Assembly: GCA_025336725.1 (NCBI GenBank)
Contig: GCA_025336725.1_3647.1
Source of the DNA: Escherichia coli
Lineage (GTDB): Bacteria > Pseudomonadota > Gammaproteobacteria > Enterobacterales > Enterobacteriaceae
Strand: one strand, 5' to 3'
DNA length: 64,000 nucleotides
Part shown: positions 10,182 to 19,936 of the stretch, piece by piece
Layout: each line of letters opens with the position of its first letter
Position numbering within the stretch: the stretch's first letter is position 1
Translations under genes and position numbers: made by a program
Notes under the pieces: generated by a model
What the model was told of the DNA's origin: nothing
What the model saw: the letters and a program-made list of their open reading frames with translations, nothing else
The model's database searches: none

Positions 10182-10735
10182 ATGATCGGGCGGCTCGCCA
10201 CCTGATCCACATATTTAAAAAATCTGTCGTTATCGTTTCTTGAGCTGTGGCTTTCCTCCGTGTACCGATAAGGAAAACCTCTTAACCAGCTGTTGAAGAT
10301 GGAAGAGATGGATATGGACAAAGCGCTATTCTCTCCTGTCTGAATAGCCATATCTGTTATAAGGCCGTCAAACAAGCCATTAGTTGTGACAGGCAGACCA
10401 TTCTCCATAGCGGTAATGTACAACGTGGCACGACAACCAGAATACTCCGTCTTCAGCAGATCACCCACATACTTAGGATCAAACCCGTTTAATGTTGCTA
10501 CCACAGATCCGAAGTTGGTGGCATCTTTCTCAGACACAGCAGTTAATGTTGCTGATCCACCTATCCCTATAAAATGTTGCCCCTCAATTACTACAACACC
10601 AGTGCCTGAGCACACCCTAACAGTTCCTGTCGGTAGCTCCAGCTTTGCAGCAATTAAGATCTCAACACCATCAAGCTCCAGCTTTTCAAGAAATAAATTA
10701 TCTAATGGCGCTCTGATCATCTTAGAAATCCTCAA
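10169..10735 (-). CDS. hypothetical tail/baseplate-associated protein
   Basis: 188 aa ORF inside the tightly packed fibre cluster; no recognisable motif. Confidence 0.35.
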   Translation of the reverse strand: MRISKMIRAPLDNLFLEKLELDGVEILIAAKLELPTGTVRVCSGTGVVVIEGQHFIGIGGSATLTAVSEKDATNFGSVVATLNGFDPKYVGDLLKTEYSGCRATLYITAMENGLPVTTNGLFDGLITDMAIQTGENSALSISISSIFNSWLRGFPYRYTEESHSSRNDNDRFFKYVDQVASRPIIWEV

Positions 10736-11312
10736 AGAAGTTGATAACTATATTATCACCTTTTTGCATAGCATCGACTTTTTGCTTAATTTTATAAATA
10801 TCTCTGATATGAAACCTACCCTTCGGGGATTGAGTTATTATCTTCATAGTGTCCCCTGCGGCAATAGGTTTTCTAAGTCTTGGAGATATGCTTATAACAG
10901 CAGACCCAACACCATCGCTACGCACTGGAGCTGTTACCACTTTCAATTCATCATTGACAGATATTTTATCCCCAGCTCTGGCTATGTCTCTGTTTGGCTC
11001 CCACCCAACCGTCCTCAAAAAATCATCGTTACCAGTAGGCCCAAGGGCGATTGGCTCATTAGCTGTTACTGAGTGACCGTAAGTTTTAATAAGAAAGATG
11101 TTTCCATCTTTATACACCTGATCAACAAAGCTCTTAAGCTCTAGCAACTGTGACTCGCTGATATTGGAAACCGTCAAAGTGCCTTTCCAGTTAGGTGTGG
11201 CATAGGTTACTTTTTGCGTTTTACCTGTAAACGGACTTTTAAACGTAACAATATCTGCCAGTAGCTCCAATCTAATATCTGGAAGGTATCTAGGCCTTTC
11301 CCATAAAAACAT
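10722..11312 (-). CDS. hypothetical tail/baseplate-associated protein
   Basis: 196 aa ORF in the fibre cluster, overlapping its neighbour by 14 nt. Confidence 0.35.
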   Translation of the reverse strand: MFLWERPRYLPDIRLELLADIVTFKSPFTGKTQKVTYATPNWKGTLTVSNISESQLLELKSFVDQVYKDGNIFLIKTYGHSVTANEPIALGPTGNDDFLRTVGWEPNRDIARAGDKISVNDELKVVTAPVRSDGVGSAVISISPRLRKPIAAGDTMKIITQSPKGRFHIRDIYKIKQKVDAMQKGDNIVINFFEDF

Positions 11313-11369
11313 TGTGCCTCCAGGTTAAACAATCATGATAGTTATTTTACCAGATTTTGAGTTAATACG

Positions 11370-11404
11370 CAATACAAACAAAAAGCCCCCGCCGAAGCGA
11401 GGGC
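11370..11404 (-). terminator. rho-independent terminator
   Basis: Minus-strand hairpin GCCCUCGC-UUCG-GCGGGGGC followed by UUUUUGUUUGUAUU, immediately after the stop of the 1269-aa fibre gene. Confidence 0.7.
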
Positions 11405-11411
11405 AAAACAG

Positions 11412-14400
11412 TTACTTCAGTTTCTCTTGCAACCCAGTAACAACCTCTGTCAATTTTTTAACCTGCTCCTCAAGGGCGGTTATTTTATCATCCTGTTCCC
11501 TGCAAACCTGGACAAGCAAGCCTGTAACAGCTGCGTAGTCAACGTTATAGAACCTTTCCTCGGTCATCAGAGGAATACCGTCTTGAGTAGGACCTTCTAT
11601 TTCCTTCCTTTTCACGAAAGACCCTACTGCCTCTGGCAATGCTTCCATAACCTCTTGAGCAATCACGCCTGCATAAGGCATACCATTCTCTTTCAAGGTG
11701 TAGGTATAGCCTTTCATCTTTCTAATTGCTTCCAGAGCGTTAGGTATGACCTCTATATTATCCTTCAGGTCACGGTCAGAACTTTGACTAACAGTGGTGC
11801 ACTCTACCGTGCCGTTGACAGCAAAATATCTTGATTTAGCCTCATCTGCCTTAGCTCCACAGTGGAATACCCAGCTGGCGGCTGTTGAGTTATCACTTAT
11901 CTGAAGCTCCAGCACACTCTTCCTATCCGCGCCATTACCCCAATAGAATAATCTAGCATTATCAGCAGGTAGGTTACCGTTGTTGCTGGGATCTTCAGAA
12001 CCACCAACATGAATGCATAGCTCTTTATCTGTTTCATCAACATTTCGATTCGGGCGTAACTGGATAGCTTTACCAGAATCATGCCGCCAAACTTCCCACA
12101 TATAAGTGGAGCCAGTTCTATCCATGTTACCAACACGCGTGTATCTGTCACCAAAACGTGTGATGTACTCCTGTACGCATCCTTTCGGATTGTTTGCATT
12201 GTTCTGGTAAACAATCAGAGTACCAGCGTACGGTGCTGGGTAATGTCTTTCAGATGTCGAGTTGGCATCAAGATGTTGGTGATAGATGCCCTCACAAGTA
12301 CCATCGTAAGTGTTTAGGTCTGTAGATTCAAGACCTGCACCTCTGTGTGAGAAGATCTTGTTCCACGGTCTGTGAGCACCACCCTCAATAGATCTGGTAT
12401 ACAACCTATCAAGGCGACCAGCTATCTGGAAAGCATAATTCCCAGAAAATGCCACAGACAGACCGCCAACAACCATCGAACCTTCCGGCCCGTTGACATT
12501 GCCAGCCATTATCTTGGAGGGGTTTGTATTACCAAACTGATTGTTCCAGTCAGCACCTGTCTGGCAAACATAGCCTCCCGGAGGGAAAAATGTGCCGTCT
12601 TTGTTGAAATTGTAGAACTTATGAGCTGTACCTACAACATCGCGAACGATAACTTGACCAGCTTCCGGAGTAGATCTGAACTCTGCCTGGCCTTGCAGTC
12701 TTGCACCATTACCACATTTAGAGGTAAAGGTGTTGTTGATCAGATCCTCTGTTCCTTCCGATGCAGCCTGGAACCCTGCATTAGAGAACAGTGCTTTTCG
12801 AGTAGTCTGACTACCTGGGCAGATGTAGTTAAGACCGTTGCACCATAACTCTGTCAGGCCAAACTCTGTTTTATTGGACAGGAAATATCTGTCAGAAGAC
12901 CCACGATACATCCACTGATTGGTGTAGAAACCTGTTACACCATTAAATTCAGCCAGAGGTCGAGTGTTTGTTACATTGTCACCTTTGATTGCTAGATTCA
13001 AGTCAGCAGATGCTAGAGGTGCACAGAATTTAACACCGTCTTGGTTGTTTGTTACATTGCCAACCTGCCAGTCTTCCTCTCTTGTTGACACCTCTATTAC
13101 GTCAGCGCTGGCATACACTGTTACAGGGAAGGCACGTGCCTCCACATAGAACGCAACATACTCTTGTTTACCCCTTGTTGGAGCAACGCACCCAAGTATC
13201 GCCTTCTCATTCTGGTAGAAATTTATCGACCCGGTAAAGAAGTCACCACGATCAGTCCAGCCACCAGTTCTGTAGTGGCACTGCAGTGTAGCACAGTTCA
13301 TAGGATCGTTGCCAGAAGAAGATCTGGTAACGATGGTTAAATCTGTCCCGATTGTTGGCGCATGGTTAGGATCGGTTCTGACAATAATCGGATAATACTT
13401 GCCATCCTGCATCGCTGCAGTTCTAGGCAGGTTTATATATGGTCTGACACCTGCTGCAAGAGGGATTCTGAATTGTGCCTGGGCATCTCCCACAGTCCTA
13501 GCACTGGTGCCACCGCAACCTATCGGCAAAGGTTCCCATTTAGCCTTGCGGTTGTTATAAACACCCCATTCCAGAGTACCATTACCGGATTCATCCATCC
13601 CTCCATCCCAGATTACCATTTTTGCGGCTTTCTTGGATCCCCAGAACCCTCTTTCTGCTCCTGAACTACGGATCCATTCTCCAAGACCCCAGTTTGTCAG
13701 CTGACCAGTAAGATCCCCAACCTGCATGTATTTAGGGCAGTCTAACACGCCATCTTCGCGGAAACCTAAATATCTATGAGTTTCAGATCCTTTTGCGCCT
13801 TTGTGCAGGTGGAGTGTCAACCAAGCCTTATTGTCGTTTCTTACCTCAGAGTAGATCCTATACCCATGCTCAAGGACACCGTCAGCGCTGTATTTGTCCC
13901 CGTTAACAATACCTGATGCTGACTTAACATCTCCAGAGTATTGAGCTAAGTAAAGGTGCCCGAAGGCTGGTGAGTTGTTTTTACCAAGGCCGATATGAGA
14001 TCTGAAGGTATCATCGTTACGAGGTCTGACCATCGGCTGCCATGCAGTCCACTGATTTGTGTTGGCCTGATAGGTTCTCAAATACCAAACATCTACGTTA
14101 GAGAATGGATAGTATTCCTGACGACAACCTGTACCGCCGTTAGCGTTGTTCTGCCAAACAATCAAGTGACCAGCACCAGAACCTGCAGGGTAACCATTTG
14201 CCTCAGTTGCATAAGCAGTCATCGGCTGGTAGTATATACCATCCTGATTACCAGTCAAGTTATTGATATTGAAATTTGGCTCAAGGGCTGCACGTTGCTT
14301 ATAGAAAGCACCGATATTGGTACGGATTCCAGCGGCATCTCTAGCCCCTGTGCCGCCCTGCTCTATAGCAAGAGGCTGCCAAGAAGCTGTTTGTTGGTTC

Positions 14401-15221
14401 CACATACCCCAACGGCCTGTTGCATCAAGCTGCAAGTACCCTGCCGTGTTTAAATCATCTCCAGCACGGATAACTGTTCTTGTTGGGTTGTTTGCCTCCA
14501 GGCGTTTAAATTCGTCACGAAGTGCTATTCTTTTTGTTGTTGCTACACCGTTGGTTACTGCAATGGTATACATGGCTCCAGAGGTAGCGCCACGGAAAAT
14601 GCCATCAACAGTTGTAGTATCACGACGAGATACCACACCGTTCAGAAATTTTTCACCAGCCGCTTCAGAAGGGTAATTAGTAGTTCTTCCCTCTTCAATA
14701 ACTGCAGGACCAACAAAGTTGACAAGGTGAATAACATCGCCTACAGTATGCACTGTGCCAAAATCTACCCGCTGTGCAAGTGCTTTAGCATCGTTGGCTG
14801 TCTGAACAGTAACATCCATTACATCCTGGACAGACTGCCCTTCGGCTGTCATGATCATAGATGCGCCAATGGTAGACTCCAGCTCCTCCCTTAAGGACGG
14901 ATCTGTATATACCATCCACGCAGCGTCAGTAATCCCACCGTCAGAATATGGTGAAGACAGTGCAGGGACAGTGTGTGGAAATTCGCCTTTCCAACGCAGG
15001 TATAGATCTTCCTCTTCGAAGTAGGCAAAATCCATTGGGCCGTTTAACTTACCACCTTCCTTAAAGGAGATTACATGAGAAACAGTCCCATCCACATGGA
15101 CAACATCGCCAATTTTTACACGACGGGTCAGGTCTGGTTGTTGAACAACCAGGTAATCATCCTCTGTCACTGCGGTAGTGGCAGGAAGAGATTCAATTCT
15201 GACAACTTTAATATCAGCCAT
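11412..15221 (-). CDS. tail fibre/tailspike with C-terminal intramolecular chaperone (peptidase S74-type) domain
   Basis: 1269 aa; N-terminal anchor region similar to the 17856-18524 product; IEQGGTGARDAAGIR fibre motif; C-terminus ...SSDRDLKDNIEVIPNALEAIRKMKGYTYTLKENG...ITALEEQVKKL matches the auto-cleaving chaperone domain of endosialidase-type fibres. RBS AGGAGAAAGA before ATG. Confidence 0.7.
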   Translation of the reverse strand: MADIKVVRIESLPATTAVTEDDYLVVQQPDLTRRVKIGDVVHVDGTVSHVISFKEGGKLNGPMDFAYFEEEDLYLRWKGEFPHTVPALSSPYSDGGITDAAWMVYTDPSLREELESTIGASMIMTAEGQSVQDVMDVTVQTANDAKALAQRVDFGTVHTVGDVIHLVNFVGPAVIEEGRTTNYPSEAAGEKFLNGVVSRRDTTTVDGIFRGATSGAMYTIAVTNGVATTKRIALRDEFKRLEANNPTRTVIRAGDDLNTAGYLQLDATGRWGMWNQQTASWQPLAIEQGGTGARDAAGIRTNIGAFYKQRAALEPNFNINNLTGNQDGIYYQPMTAYATEANGYPAGSGAGHLIVWQNNANGGTGCRQEYYPFSNVDVWYLRTYQANTNQWTAWQPMVRPRNDDTFRSHIGLGKNNSPAFGHLYLAQYSGDVKSASGIVNGDKYSADGVLEHGYRIYSEVRNDNKAWLTLHLHKGAKGSETHRYLGFREDGVLDCPKYMQVGDLTGQLTNWGLGEWIRSSGAERGFWGSKKAAKMVIWDGGMDESGNGTLEWGVYNNRKAKWEPLPIGCGGTSARTVGDAQAQFRIPLAAGVRPYINLPRTAAMQDGKYYPIIVRTDPNHAPTIGTDLTIVTRSSSGNDPMNCATLQCHYRTGGWTDRGDFFTGSINFYQNEKAILGCVAPTRGKQEYVAFYVEARAFPVTVYASADVIEVSTREEDWQVGNVTNNQDGVKFCAPLASADLNLAIKGDNVTNTRPLAEFNGVTGFYTNQWMYRGSSDRYFLSNKTEFGLTELWCNGLNYICPGSQTTRKALFSNAGFQAASEGTEDLINNTFTSKCGNGARLQGQAEFRSTPEAGQVIVRDVVGTAHKFYNFNKDGTFFPPGGYVCQTGADWNNQFGNTNPSKIMAGNVNGPEGSMVVGGLSVAFSGNYAFQIAGRLDRLYTRSIEGGAHRPWNKIFSHRGAGLESTDLNTYDGTCEGIYHQHLDANSTSERHYPAPYAGTLIVYQNNANNPKGCVQEYITRFGDRYTRVGNMDRTGSTYMWEVWRHDSGKAIQLRPNRNVDETDKELCIHVGGSEDPSNNGNLPADNARLFYWGNGADRKSVLELQISDNSTAASWVFHCGAKADEAKSRYFAVNGTVECTTVSQSSDRDLKDNIEVIPNALEAIRKMKGYTYTLKENGMPYAGVIAQEVMEALPEAVGSFVKRKEIEGPTQDGIPLMTEERFYNVDYAAVTGLLVQVCREQDDKITALEEQVKKLTEVVTGLQEKLK

Positions 15222-15236
15222 TCTTTCTCCTGAAAG

Positions 15237-15253
15237 GGGGCAAACAGCCCCCT
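15237..15253 (-). terminator. intercistronic hairpin (attenuator or weak terminator)
   Basis: GGGGGC-N5-GCCCCC hairpin between the tailspike stop and the next fibre gene's RBS; weak U-tract (UUUC). Confidence 0.35.
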
Positions 15254-15256
15254 ATG

Positions 15257-17854
15257 TTAAAGGTACAATCCACGGTATTGAGCATAAAGTCCCAGACCGC
15301 GAAGGATTTCGCCAGAGTGATAGCCTACCGGATCAGAAACTGCCCAGCAGCCGTTTAAAACATTATCCCCGTTAATGAAGTGGTGCTTTTGCAGTAACTT
15401 CACACAGGCTTCTACAACAATATCTATTTGGGGTATTGTCTCTGAATACCCGCACAGACCTAGCCAGCAGCAACCTGCAAGCCATTCACCAACCACCCAC
15501 ATCCTGTCTCCTCTGTCTTGATAAGAATATCCCCCAGAGGTGTTAAAGTCTGTAGGCAGATTTCCTGAATGAGATGACTGGAATCTGTTGAGGAACCATG
15601 CCCATTTCTGGCAGAACAGGAATAGTCTTTCATCAACAGGTTCTTTATGTTTCTTGAGCTCATATATTGTTCGGCACGCAGCAACAAAAGATCTTGACTG
15701 GAGTTTAGAGTTATCTACCATCTCCCACCAACCAGTCAATCCTTCATTACCTCTCTGCCATACATAACGTGAGGCAACTGGACCCTCTGTCTTAAATGTA
15801 TTATTATACCAGACTTGAGCGTCATACAGAAAGCCTATTGTATTTGACAATCTATGGCGATCTATGTTTTCTGCACCCATGCAGTAGACTGCTGGGTATT
15901 GCATACCAGGGTATGGCCAATTTGGCTTTTCCTCTAAGAGATAGTTTTCCTTATCTATCACCTTTCCGGCAGGGAACACACCCGGTGTGTGCCTGTATGC
16001 ACCTTGCTTGTAGTTTCTGACATAGCAATCACCAACCTTAGCGGTTGATTCTGTCTTGCTTGCCATCCACACGCTAAACCATATTAGATAAGCATCCCTA
16101 TCTGCAATATAGAACTGCGGCAGCGTGTTTACGCAGTACAGATCAAACAAGCCATTACCTATCTGCCTGTCGCTTAGACTGAAATCTACAGAGGTGAGCC
16201 CTTTAGGATTAGCAAAGAAAGGTTTAATCTCTTCTTCGGTGTGATGAGGTTGTGTCGGATCTAGTTTGAAATCTCCTAGAGTAAGAGTTTCTGTTATCCA
16301 TTGTCCATTAGTGGCATATAGATCAGCATACCATAACCACCTATCTTTGTCAAGAAATTTGACCCTTACCATCTCATCATCTGACCGATAAGTTACTGAA
16401 TTTAAAGAAATCTCTCTCCCAAAATTGAAAGTTACTTTACCTCTTGCTATATTACAACGGGTGAAGTTGTCAGAGTGGTTGTAAATGTCGGTATCATACT
16501 GCATACTAACACTAGCGCCACCGCTTACGACAATGTTTTCCTCTTTAGGTAAGAGATACGGATTACCGTCTTTACCAACTACCTCTACGAAATCAGTGAC
16601 CTTGGCAACTGTCTCTGTTACCTCTGACCCTCCAAAAGGGACCCCTATCCTATACTGTTTTTTGTTATTGTTGCCATCATTAAGGATGAAATGTGGCTGG
16701 AACAGAACTCCTTCTCCTCCGAAATTCATAACAATTTCAGCATCTCTGCCGATCTTGTATGTGGTCCCTTTTTGGATTATTTCACAAGGCTGGCGTGCGT
16801 TCATTCTAAAATTGATATACCCGTCGCTGTCCCTACTCATGACAGGAACTGTTCCTGCAACGAGACAGGCTCCATCTGTGAACGGTGCCTTAATCAACGT
16901 GGTCTTTCTAAACAACTTGTCGTAGGCATTTATATCACTGAAATTAAGCAACTTGTTGTAAGACTGTTTAAACGCGGTGTAATACTTTTCCTCACCTGTC
17001 AAGGTGTAGAGTTGATAACAAGCGTCGCACCACATTTCTTCCCCGTCCAACTCTGGGGCTTGATTATCTGCAACCACATTTATAGGATTTACAATTACAG
17101 GGGATCCAGCAGGTATCACCGATCCACCCTGCTCTTGTGGCAATCTCACACAGTAGGTTACCTTGTGGCTGCCTGTAACACCCTTATCCTGCAGTTGGAT
17201 TGTGCCGAACTCTGCAGACGTATGACCACTATCGGCTATGCTACCGTTGGCCCAATAGCGGTTACCGTCCCATGCTATATACCACTCAACCCACCAACTT
17301 AATCCAGATGTTGTCCAATTTGGGTTAGCATCTGTGCCGCCGTAAACATCAGAGTCTACAGTGTTTCTTCCTAACACACCGTTATACGCTTGGAATGCCT
17401 TGTCCAGGTATTCCCCCCATGTTGGAGATCCAGCTGGGATTTTTCCTCTACCGTTGGTAAAAGACACCACCACATCTTTAAACCCACCGTGTGATGGGAC
17501 CCCATCTGTGGATAGAGGGTAGTGGGACAATCTTTGCATTTTACTTTCTACGGCATATGCACCCAGAAGATGACTATTGTACGCTTCCCAAGCATCTTTT
17601 GCCCTATCCAGATAGAAATAGCTTTTCGATGCCCTGTATGCTTCAATGTATCCCAGAATCAACACAGCTTGGGACTCATGCATTGCCCAATCATTATTTA
17701 TCTTACTCCCTGACCAACCTGACGCTATAAGTCCATCTTGGTTTACCAGCTTGTTCTGCGTAGGAAGATTGGTAATACCTGTGTTGTTATCGAGGCACTT
17801 CCTGTGCCCCTCAATCATCTGGAATACGTTATCAATGTTGTGTTGAATACGCAT
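15257..17854 (-). CDS. tailspike-like receptor-binding protein with probable enzymatic domain
   Basis: 865 aa, Trp/Tyr/Gly-rich; translationally coupled (GGAG in the upstream gene's end) to the anchor-like gene; catalytic domain type not assignable by eye. Confidence 0.4.
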   Translation of the reverse strand: MRIQHNIDNVFQMIEGHRKCLDNNTGITNLPTQNKLVNQDGLIASGWSGSKINNDWAMHESQAVLILGYIEAYRASKSYFYLDRAKDAWEAYNSHLLGAYAVESKMQRLSHYPLSTDGVPSHGGFKDVVVSFTNGRGKIPAGSPTWGEYLDKAFQAYNGVLGRNTVDSDVYGGTDANPNWTTSGLSWWVEWYIAWDGNRYWANGSIADSGHTSAEFGTIQLQDKGVTGSHKVTYCVRLPQEQGGSVIPAGSPVIVNPINVVADNQAPELDGEEMWCDACYQLYTLTGEEKYYTAFKQSYNKLLNFSDINAYDKLFRKTTLIKAPFTDGACLVAGTVPVMSRDSDGYINFRMNARQPCEIIQKGTTYKIGRDAEIVMNFGGEGVLFQPHFILNDGNNNKKQYRIGVPFGGSEVTETVAKVTDFVEVVGKDGNPYLLPKEENIVVSGGASVSMQYDTDIYNHSDNFTRCNIARGKVTFNFGREISLNSVTYRSDDEMVRVKFLDKDRWLWYADLYATNGQWITETLTLGDFKLDPTQPHHTEEEIKPFFANPKGLTSVDFSLSDRQIGNGLFDLYCVNTLPQFYIADRDAYLIWFSVWMASKTESTAKVGDCYVRNYKQGAYRHTPGVFPAGKVIDKENYLLEEKPNWPYPGMQYPAVYCMGAENIDRHRLSNTIGFLYDAQVWYNNTFKTEGPVASRYVWQRGNEGLTGWWEMVDNSKLQSRSFVAACRTIYELKKHKEPVDERLFLFCQKWAWFLNRFQSSHSGNLPTDFNTSGGYSYQDRGDRMWVVGEWLAGCCWLGLCGYSETIPQIDIVVEACVKLLQKHHFINGDNVLNGCWAVSDPVGYHSGEILRGLGLYAQYRGLYL

Positions 17855-17855
17855 C

Positions 17856-18524
17856 TTAGATAGCTCCTGCGATAATCAGTGCTCCGTACCAAGTTAACCC
17901 GTTGTCGTAGGTTTCCAACTTGAAAATGTCTGTTGCACCAGCTGTAAATGTCAGGATAGGATCTCTTCCGTATGCCCATTTAACATTATCAGGCCAATAG
18001 ACTTTGTTACCGCCAGAGGTCTGAGTAATGCATACGGTTATAGTTCTCGCCACACCTTCAAGACCTTCTGTTTGATTTTCAAAAGAGATTGTGGTGTTTG
18101 AAGTTAGTCGAACTTTAAAAGTGTCAGCAACTTCAAGATCCATATCAAGCTGACCACCAATAGATCCGTAATCAACTATTCTGCCAGAAGAAGTTGCAGC
18201 AAGCTCACCAAAAACAGACCAGGCTTTTGCAGACACACCCCCAGCACCCTCTACAGTGGAGTCTGGGAGGATTATTTTAGGATAATCCCCGTTCCACGTG
18301 TAGTAGCGCTTAGTTTCTGGGTCATAAGCAAAGTCCTTCTTGCTCTTAAGATAACCACCCTCTGTGAAATAGACTATCTTAGTAATGCTAAGATCGTTGA
18401 CAACATCGTCAATCTTAGCCTTTCTTGTCCCATCAGTCTGGTTGACAACCAAGAAGTCATCACTCAGGACTGTTTCTGCATCTTCAAGATCTGGAATTGG
18501 TATTGTAGGATAAGCTACAGCCAT
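17856..18524 (-). CDS. fibre/spike N-terminal anchor-like (adaptor) protein
   Basis: 222 aa; residues ~20-60 (LVVNQTDGTRKAKIDDVVNDLS...FTEGGYLKSKKDFAY) parallel the N-terminus of the 1269-aa fibre (LVVQQPDLTRRVKIGDVVHVDG...FKEGGKLNGPMDFAY). Confidence 0.5.
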   Translation of the reverse strand: MAVAYPTIPIPDLEDAETVLSDDFLVVNQTDGTRKAKIDDVVNDLSITKIVYFTEGGYLKSKKDFAYDPETKRYYTWNGDYPKIILPDSTVEGAGGVSAKAWSVFGELAATSSGRIVDYGSIGGQLDMDLEVADTFKVRLTSNTTISFENQTEGLEGVARTITVCITQTSGGNKVYWPDNVKWAYGRDPILTFTAGATDIFKLETYDNGLTWYGALIIAGAI

Positions 18525-18533
18525 GATTTCTCC

Positions 18534-19118
18534 TTAGTTAACATCAATAGCACGACCAGACTGGTTGGCAATAGCCTCATCATTGGAGGTAGCAATAACA
18601 CCAGAGTATTCGCGCTCATCTGGAGCAAGCGTCCAGGTATTGCGGTTAATGGTTTGTTCTGCCTCAGTCATCAGCAGATCTTTATCCTGAGTCAACAGAG
18701 AGCCTACAGGGATCGGGTTTTCCATCTCAGGACCAGCATACTGGTTCCACCATGTGGCATCTCCGGTTCTAGGCAATCTGAAGTTGATCAGGTAGTACAG
18801 TTTATTAGCCCACTTAATCCAACCCTCATCATCACAGAGAGAGGTTGTCCCAGAATCAGGCTGTGGGTAGGTGAACTGATCAAGACCTACGAAAGCCAGC
18901 CTTACAATCTCGTTCTCTTTGGTAACAACCTCAAAGAACGCTTGGTATGTTCTAGATCTTCGATCCATGGTAGACTGGAAGTTTATGATGTTTAGCACAT
19001 CCGGCTCTTGTCTTGCCACTTCCATAATCTTGTTATCAAGAACAGTCTTCATGACCTTCTTGCTGAGAAAGTCCATATAAGGGAGCAAACAGCTCGTCAG
19101 CAGCCAGCTCCCTTCCAC
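18534..19118 (-). CDS. hypothetical baseplate-associated protein
   Basis: 194 aa ORF between the spike gene and the fibre cluster; true start may be an internal Met. Confidence 0.35.
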   Translation of the reverse strand: MEGSWLLTSCLLPYMDFLSKKVMKTVLDNKIMEVARQEPDVLNIINFQSTMDRRSRTYQAFFEVVTKENEIVRLAFVGLDQFTYPQPDSGTTSLCDDEGWIKWANKLYYLINFRLPRTGDATWWNQYAGPEMENPIPVGSLLTQDKDLLMTEAEQTINRNTWTLAPDEREYSGVIATSNDEAIANQSGRAIDVN

Positions 19119-19258
19119 GTATTAAACCTCATCCACAAGCGCTGGCGCAGACTTACCTGGTTTGAATCTATCAACTCAAGACCTTTGTCTATCGCCAAAT
19201 CGCCTGTCTGCGGGTCCATCAATATGTCACTATAAAGCGTAGCCATGAAAGCCCTCTA

Positions 19259-19936
19259 TTAGTGCGGTCCACTTGTCTCGCCATCAGGGCAAGAGTGGGT
19301 ATGACCTTTATATTCTGCATAGAATGAATCCAAATCCACACCTGCAGCAGTTATAATTCTACCAGACGGGTCTATTGTGGCACCATTCATTCTGATATTT
19401 CCATCCACAGCAGCTCGCAAATTGGCAGCCCCGTTAGTAAAAGAGAACTCCCCGCTGCTGTCGCACCGTAGTGTCCCACCAGGTGTTTGAAGCTCAAAAT
19501 CTCCAGAAGGTGTCAGTTTAAAATAAACCCTATCATTCCATAACTCTACGTTATCAGGATCGATCTGTAAAGCGTTTGAGTCTGAATGAACAGAGGTTAT
19601 TGCCCACCCAGGAAACAGACCGTGAGTTTGTTGATCGTCGTTATTGTTTTCATTTCTCTCTGAAAACTGCAATCCTACAACATCTCCAGCCTTAATAGGG
19701 AGTGTTAACCTTGCCTTTCCGCTGTTTGCAGACATCACCTGAATTGGAACATCATAGATAAGGGGATACCTCTCTACATCCCCGTCATCAAACATGGTTT
19801 CGGCTATTGGTTGCACGGCTGCAGAGGGGATACTATAATCTACACTGACAACTCTGGCCCTAATACTGGTGTGGTAGTCCCTCATTATTTTTTCTATAAA
19901 GGATCTTACAGCAGCATCTTTCCTGTTTATTGCCAT
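19259..19936 (-). CDS. baseplate central spike protein (P2 gpV / Mu gp45 / T4 gp5-like)
   Basis: 225 aa; N-terminal OB-fold-like segment (DVPIQVMSANSGKARLTLPIKAGDVVGLQF); C-terminal His/Cys motif YKGHTHSCPDGETSGPH consistent with a metal-binding spike apex. Confidence 0.5.
   Translation of the reverse strand: MAINRKDAAVRSFIEKIMRDYHTSIRARVVSVDYSIPSAAVQPIAETMFDDGDVERYPLIYDVPIQVMSANSGKARLTLPIKAGDVVGLQFSERNENNNDDQQTHGLFPGWAITSVHSDSNALQIDPDNVELWNDRVYFKLTPSGDFELQTPGGTLRCDSSGEFSFTNGAANLRAAVDGNIRMNGATIDPSGRIITAAGVDLDSFYAEYKGHTHSCPDGETSGPH

Noticed and set aside
10386-17302. Plus-strand ORFs antisense to the structural genes (e.g. 10386-11072, 12372-12848, 13995-14453, 16691-17302)
   Set aside because: They lie entirely inside long minus-strand genes with strong protein-like features, lack RBS, and have low-complexity translations; treated as shadow ORFs.
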